The notes below the pieces were generated by a model. It was not told where the DNA came from. It searched no databases and saw nothing but the letters and a program-made list of their open reading frames with translations. Below are positions 60,045 to 64,000 of a stretch of DNA of 64,000 nucleotides, piece after piece. Positions within the stretch are counted from its first letter, which is position 1. Each line of letters begins with the position of its first letter. The position numbers and the translations under genes are program-made. Origin of the DNA: Dehalococcoidia bacterium (GTDB taxonomy: Bacteria; Chloroflexota; Dehalococcoidia; Lucifugimonadales; CAYTFF01); assembly GCA_965249025.1 (NCBI GenBank), contig OZ252215.1, positions 306,850 through 370,849 on the forward strand, in the 5' to 3' direction.

Positions 60045-61168
60045 GTCGCAAAGCGGCCTTTATATATGACGATATCCTCTCAGAGCACGTCCTCCGTGAG
60101 GGCCATCCCATGCGGCCTGTGCGCCTTCGCTACACCTACGAGCTTCTTGATTCCTTCGGCGCCCTCGACAGTTCTGACTCCCGGCTCTTCCAGCCCCGGC
60201 GAGCCAGCGAAGACGAGGTTCTATCCTTCCATACCAGAGAGTATGTGGATGCGGTCAAGGGTTTCAGTCAGGGAGAGAGCCTATCTAGCGCCGCCACCTT
60301 TGATTTCAGCCAGGGTGGTGACAACCCTATCTACCCTGGCATGTACGCTGCCGCTATCTGGTCTACTGGCGCCTCCCTTACTGCCGCTCAGCTAGTAGCC
60401 GACGGAGAGGCAGATGCCGCCTTCAACATATCGGGTGGCCTGCATCACGCCATGCCCGACAAAGCCTCTGGCTTCTGTGTTTTCAACGACCCAGTAATTG
60501 CCATCAATGCGCTGCTTGCCAAAGGGGCCAAGGTGGCCTACGTGGACATCGACGCCCACCACGGCGATGGCGTCCAGCACGCCTTCTACGAGACCGATGC
60601 CGTACTCACAATATCACTCCATGAGTCGGGCCAGTACCTGTTTCCGGGCACAGGTTTTGTCGATGAGATTGGCACAGGCAAGGGGCGAGGCTACTCCGTT
60701 AACGTCCCTTTCTATCCATTCACCAACGACGATATATATTTGTGGACCTTTCAGGAGGTGGCGCCGCCTCTCATTGAAGCCTTCCGCCCCGATTATGTGG
60801 TGACGCAGTTAGGCATCGACACCCACTTTCGCGACCCAATCACCCACATGGCCCTTACCGTTCAGGGCTTTGCTCAGGTGGTAGCTGTGCTGTCTCCGCT
60901 GGCACCTCGATGGATCGCCCTTGGGGGTGGTGGCTACGATCTGATGGCCGTCGCTAGGGCCTGGACCTCTGCATATGGGGTGATGTCCGAACAGGATTTG
61001 CCAGACCAGCTACCCGAGCAATTCCAGGAGTGGTATGGCGTGTCTACCCTCAGCGACACCGACGGTCCCCAGACGGGAGAGGACGTTCTACAGCAGGCCC
61101 GCCACTTCGCCGAAAAGAGCGTCCTGGACGTGCAGAAGACGGTGTTCCCGATTCATGGGATAGGATAG
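60041..61168 (+). CDS. acuC: Acetoin utilization protein AcuC / histone deacetylase family
   Basis: HPMRPVR, GGLHHA, SGFCVFND, DIDAHHGDG, GGGGY. Confidence 0.9.
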   Translation: MSRKAAFIYDDILSEHVLREGHPMRPVRLRYTYELLDSFGALDSSDSRLFQPRRASEDEVLSFHTREYVDAVKGFSQGESLSSAATFDFSQGGDNPIYPGMYAAAIWSTGASLTAAQLVADGEADAAFNISGGLHHAMPDKASGFCVFNDPVIAINALLAKGAKVAYVDIDAHHGDGVQHAFYETDAVLTISLHESGQYLFPGTGFVDEIGTGKGRGYSVNVPFYPFTNDDIYLWTFQEVAPPLIEAFRPDYVVTQLGIDTHFRDPITHMALTVQGFAQVVAVLSPLAPRWIALGGGGYDLMAVARAWTSAYGVMSEQDLPDQLPEQFQEWYGVSTLSDTDGPQTGEDVLQQARHFAEKSVLDVQKTVFPIHGIG

Positions 61169-61199
61169 GAACATCAATCTTGTAAGCTCTTACGACAGG

Positions 61200-61320
61200 G
61201 TTCTTCGCCCCAGATTCTTCAGTCGTCCCGAGGAGTCGGGACTTCGTTCAGAATAATATCTCGTGCTCTCGTTTACTCTGAGCCTGCCTGTCCTCGATTT
61301 GTCGGAGTCGAAGGATGAGC
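61200..61320. repeat. REP-like palindrome mosaic
   Basis: AGATTCTTCAGTCGTCCCGA..TCGGGACTTCGTTCAGAAT; CTGAGCCTG..GTCGAAGG. Confidence 0.65.
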
Positions 61321-61374
61321 GCTTCAAATTCAACCCTTTGGATGAAGGATCGTTGAGGGCGAGCCAACGCTAGT

Positions 61375-62823
61375 TTAGCCTACCTGCTCCTTACCAAACC
61401 CAGGCATCTCCCCCAGCACCGCCTCAATAAGCTCTGCGGTGGGCGCTACTACCAGCACAGTCATGTCGCCATCGATACCCGCGAATCGCTCATTTTTGCT
61501 TCCCTCCAGGGGTTCAAGTGCTACCTCATAAAACTCCTGGGCGTCCTCCTTCGTATCCCAGACAATCAGCAACACCAGTATTTGTTCATCGTTGGGGCCT
61601 TTCATGATCACATATGCGTCGCCGCCCCAACCCGCTCCCGCCTCCGTTGCCTCTTCATCGTTGTCTAATCCAGTCTCCAGGTAGGTTCTGAGGAAGAACT
61701 CTCCAAGGATATCGCTGTCCAAATTGGTCCAACCTTCGCCCAGGGCGGTCGGCAGGTCAGGCATGGAGACCTCTATGGGCACCTCTTTATCAAAATATTT
61801 CTGAGGGTGGAGTATCTGTTCTGTCGACACTGGCGGGTCTTTGTAGGCCTCATTGATGGCATCCCGCTGCCCCGACTGCAAGAGCGCGCTGACAAAGGAC
61901 AGTCCCGCTATGTATGGATAAAGCAGTTGCATTCTTAGCACATATGGAGCCTGCTCGAAGACTGACGTGCTGTCATCGGATTGTAGCAGCTCTTGAAGGT
62001 CCACAGTTGGTAGAGACAGAAACATATACTGAAGCTCTACTACTGTGGCGTCTCCCTCGATAAGCGCCCTGAGGGCGGCACTGGCCTCGGCATTACCCTC
62101 AGCCGTCTCTCCCAACGCCCTTATATCGAAGTGCTGCTGCTGAAGGGCATGGACGTATTCGTGGGCGTAGGTGATTTTCTCCTCAGGTCCAAACTCACTG
62201 GAGCTTCCCACCACATATAGCTTGTCGGTCTCGGTGTGATAGAATCCTGCCACTTGCTCGCTGTAGAGGTTCACATAGGTCTTCTGCAACTCCAGGTCGT
62301 CGGGAACCAGGTTCAGGAGAGACAGCAGCTCCTTTTGCTTGGATATGCTCTCCTGGTCCTTTTGAAACTCCTCCGCGAAGAACACCGTCATCTCCTCTCG
62401 TGACATGAAGCTCCTGTCGACCTCCTGTTTCGGCTCTAGGCCTCTCATTCTCACTATCTCCGCCCCAATCTCATCCAGGACGTTTTCTAAGGCGGTTTTT
62501 TCTTTTACCGGGGTGGCAGTAGGGGTTGGGCTGGGGGTCTCTGTTGGAGTGGTCGCGTCAGTGGGCGTAGCCGTGGGAGTTTCCTTAGGGGTTGCTGTAG
62601 GCGTTGGATCGAGTGTAGGGCTAGGTGAAGGTGTGGGTTTGGGGGTGGTCGTTGCAGTTGTAGTAATAGTTGGAGATGCAATGGGTGTGGAGGGAGGAGT
62701 TAAGGTTTCAACAGAGGTTGGCGCAGGTGTCTCTACCAGCGTAGACGTAGGCTCGAACTGCTCGCAGGCGATCCACCCAATGGCCAGTAAGGTGGCTATG
62801 AAGAGAGCTAGGTGTCGTATCAG
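61375..62823 (-). CDS. Lipoprotein: Pro/Thr linker + HEXXH zincin domain; CTG start
   Basis: AAAGGA-7nt-CTG; MIRHLALFIATLLAIGWIAC lipobox; frame open to ORF-track start; AHEYVHALQ..EGDA. Confidence 0.8.
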   Translation of the reverse strand: MIRHLALFIATLLAIGWIACEQFEPTSTLVETPAPTSVETLTPPSTPIASPTITTTATTTPKPTPSPSPTLDPTPTATPKETPTATPTDATTPTETPSPTPTATPVKEKTALENVLDEIGAEIVRMRGLEPKQEVDRSFMSREEMTVFFAEEFQKDQESISKQKELLSLLNLVPDDLELQKTYVNLYSEQVAGFYHTETDKLYVVGSSSEFGPEEKITYAHEYVHALQQQHFDIRALGETAEGNAEASAALRALIEGDATVVELQYMFLSLPTVDLQELLQSDDSTSVFEQAPYVLRMQLLYPYIAGLSFVSALLQSGQRDAINEAYKDPPVSTEQILHPQKYFDKEVPIEVSMPDLPTALGEGWTNLDSDILGEFFLRTYLETGLDNDEEATEAGAGWGGDAYVIMKGPNDEQILVLLIVWDTKEDAQEFYEVALEPLEGSKNERFAGIDGDMTVLVVAPTAELIEAVLGEMPGFGKEQVG

Positions 62824-62915
62824 GGTGAATTCCTTTGTGTGGACGGCGTCCTGGGAGTTGAGGTGCGACTATAGTGAAAACCAGTCGACGGTAATTGTCA
62901 ACCAGTACTTTGCGC

Positions 62916-63878
62916 TTATTTCTGGCTAGGTTTTGCCTCTTCCTTGTCACTGCTCCGATGAGAGAGATTAGGTGCCGTTCTCTCTACCACAAGCTCGTCC
63001 TTCACTTCTCGCACATTTCTGATTGACCTCACGATGGAAATAGTGGACTCTTTAGCCTCGTCGGAGGGCACAGCGCCTCTAACGGTTACCATGCCCAAGG
63101 AGCTATGCACCGTTATTCTGTGATTGCGCCACACTTCTGCTGTGGCAATGGCCGAAGCTGCCACCACCTCGATATCTTCGTCGCTCATTAGCCTGTTTTT
63201 CACATCTGTCACCCCTGGGACAGTCGCAACGACCTCGGATGATATCCCTTTAGTGGACGGCAGCCTTACATTGCCGTCCAGGTTGACAGCCCCTGAACTA
63301 ACAGAGACGGACACACCATCGATGTCTGCATCTATGCTCATGTCTCGGTCGTATAGTTTCTCCCAAATGTCCGTCTCTATATCCTTGTCCGGAATTCGCA
63401 ATGGGTAGCTTAATACCTTGTGATCAGTCACTTTGAGGCTTATTTGCTCTAAAGAGAACCCTTGAATAATCTCTGTGGGAAGGATGCGCTCCCTGCTTCG
63501 CCAACCTCGCCCCCTTACGATGAGGTGAGATATAGCGTGTGAGTTGTTATCGGTTCGGACGCCACTTAGCATAAAAGGCTCCCCAACCTGAGGCTCAATT
63601 CGCGCCTTGAGGCTAAGGACTAACTTGGATGAATCGCCGTACCCTGGGTCTTGTGGCAAAAGTCCAAGGAAGTCCTCTGTGGAAATGGATAGATAGATGC
63701 CCTCATCACCGTGCTGCTCTATCTTCTCAATGTCTACCGCCACCCTCTGTGGAAACAGAAGTCCCCGCTTGACAATAAGGTGCGTAAGGGTTAAAGAGCT
63801 TGTCTCCGCTAAAACGCCCTGTAGTTTGCCAATCCATCGGTCTGTGGTGGCTATCCTTGTGCCCCATATAAGGTCCAA
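62916..63878 (-). CDS. PRC-barrel + tandem BON domain protein
   Basis: THLIVKRG PRC repeats; D.DI..VSVSSGAVNLDG..VPGVTDVKNRL and GMVTVRG..VREVKDEL. Confidence 0.8.
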   Translation of the reverse strand: MDLIWGTRIATTDRWIGKLQGVLAETSSLTLTHLIVKRGLLFPQRVAVDIEKIEQHGDEGIYLSISTEDFLGLLPQDPGYGDSSKLVLSLKARIEPQVGEPFMLSGVRTDNNSHAISHLIVRGRGWRSRERILPTEIIQGFSLEQISLKVTDHKVLSYPLRIPDKDIETDIWEKLYDRDMSIDADIDGVSVSVSSGAVNLDGNVRLPSTKGISSEVVATVPGVTDVKNRLMSDEDIEVVAASAIATAEVWRNHRITVHSSLGMVTVRGAVPSDEAKESTISIVRSIRNVREVKDELVVERTAPNLSHRSSDKEEAKPSQK

Positions 63879-64000
63879 TTCACCGTCTCTTTCACCTGTC
63901 TGTTGAAGTCTGTCTCAGAATGAACTTTGGCCTGGCGCAGAAGGTGTAAGGGTCTATACCTCCCTATACTCCCCTTCCACTGTGTCGTCTCCTCCACTGC

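Noticed and set aside
62405-62929. 174-aa Val/Gly-rich plus-strand ORF
   Set aside because: Reverse complement of the Pro/Thr linker of the minus-strand lipoprotein
1-64000. Genome-wide TAG or TGA reassignment
   Set aside because: Many genes end at their natural C-termini with TAG (ADH, trxB, npdG, moxR) or TGA; UGA read-through is seen only at redox Cys positions

Overview
Bacterial chromosome segment, most likely Chloroflexota (SAR202/Dehalococcoidia-like; inferred from seven LLM-fold oxidoreductase paralogs, an F420:NADPH oxidoreductase and many CoA-transferases/PLP enzymes). No rRNA, tRNA, CRISPR or intact transposase was seen. It contains a compatible-solute ABC transporter, a ~17 kb LLM/hydrolase catabolic island interspersed with palindromic repeat mosaics, a PLP-enzyme cluster, a MoxR operon, and a two-gene molybdoenzyme (fused NrfC-NrfD) converging on a sulfite reductase/siroheme operon. 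Best finding: the sulfite reductase operon is preceded by a complete-looking, apparently cysteine-sensing ribosome-mediated transcription attenuator (promoter, 35-aa leader with CLMVCMCSC, antiterminator, intrinsic terminator). Also hidden from the ORF track: two UGA selenoproteins (Rdx CxxU, TlpA-like UxxC), two CTG-initiated genes, three in-frame TAG codons, a MITE family with 9-bp target duplications, IS200/IS605-like mini-elements, a REP-derived in-frame insertion in a protein and a chimeric dcyD/thrC relic. All calls are by-eye motif recognition; no searches were run.
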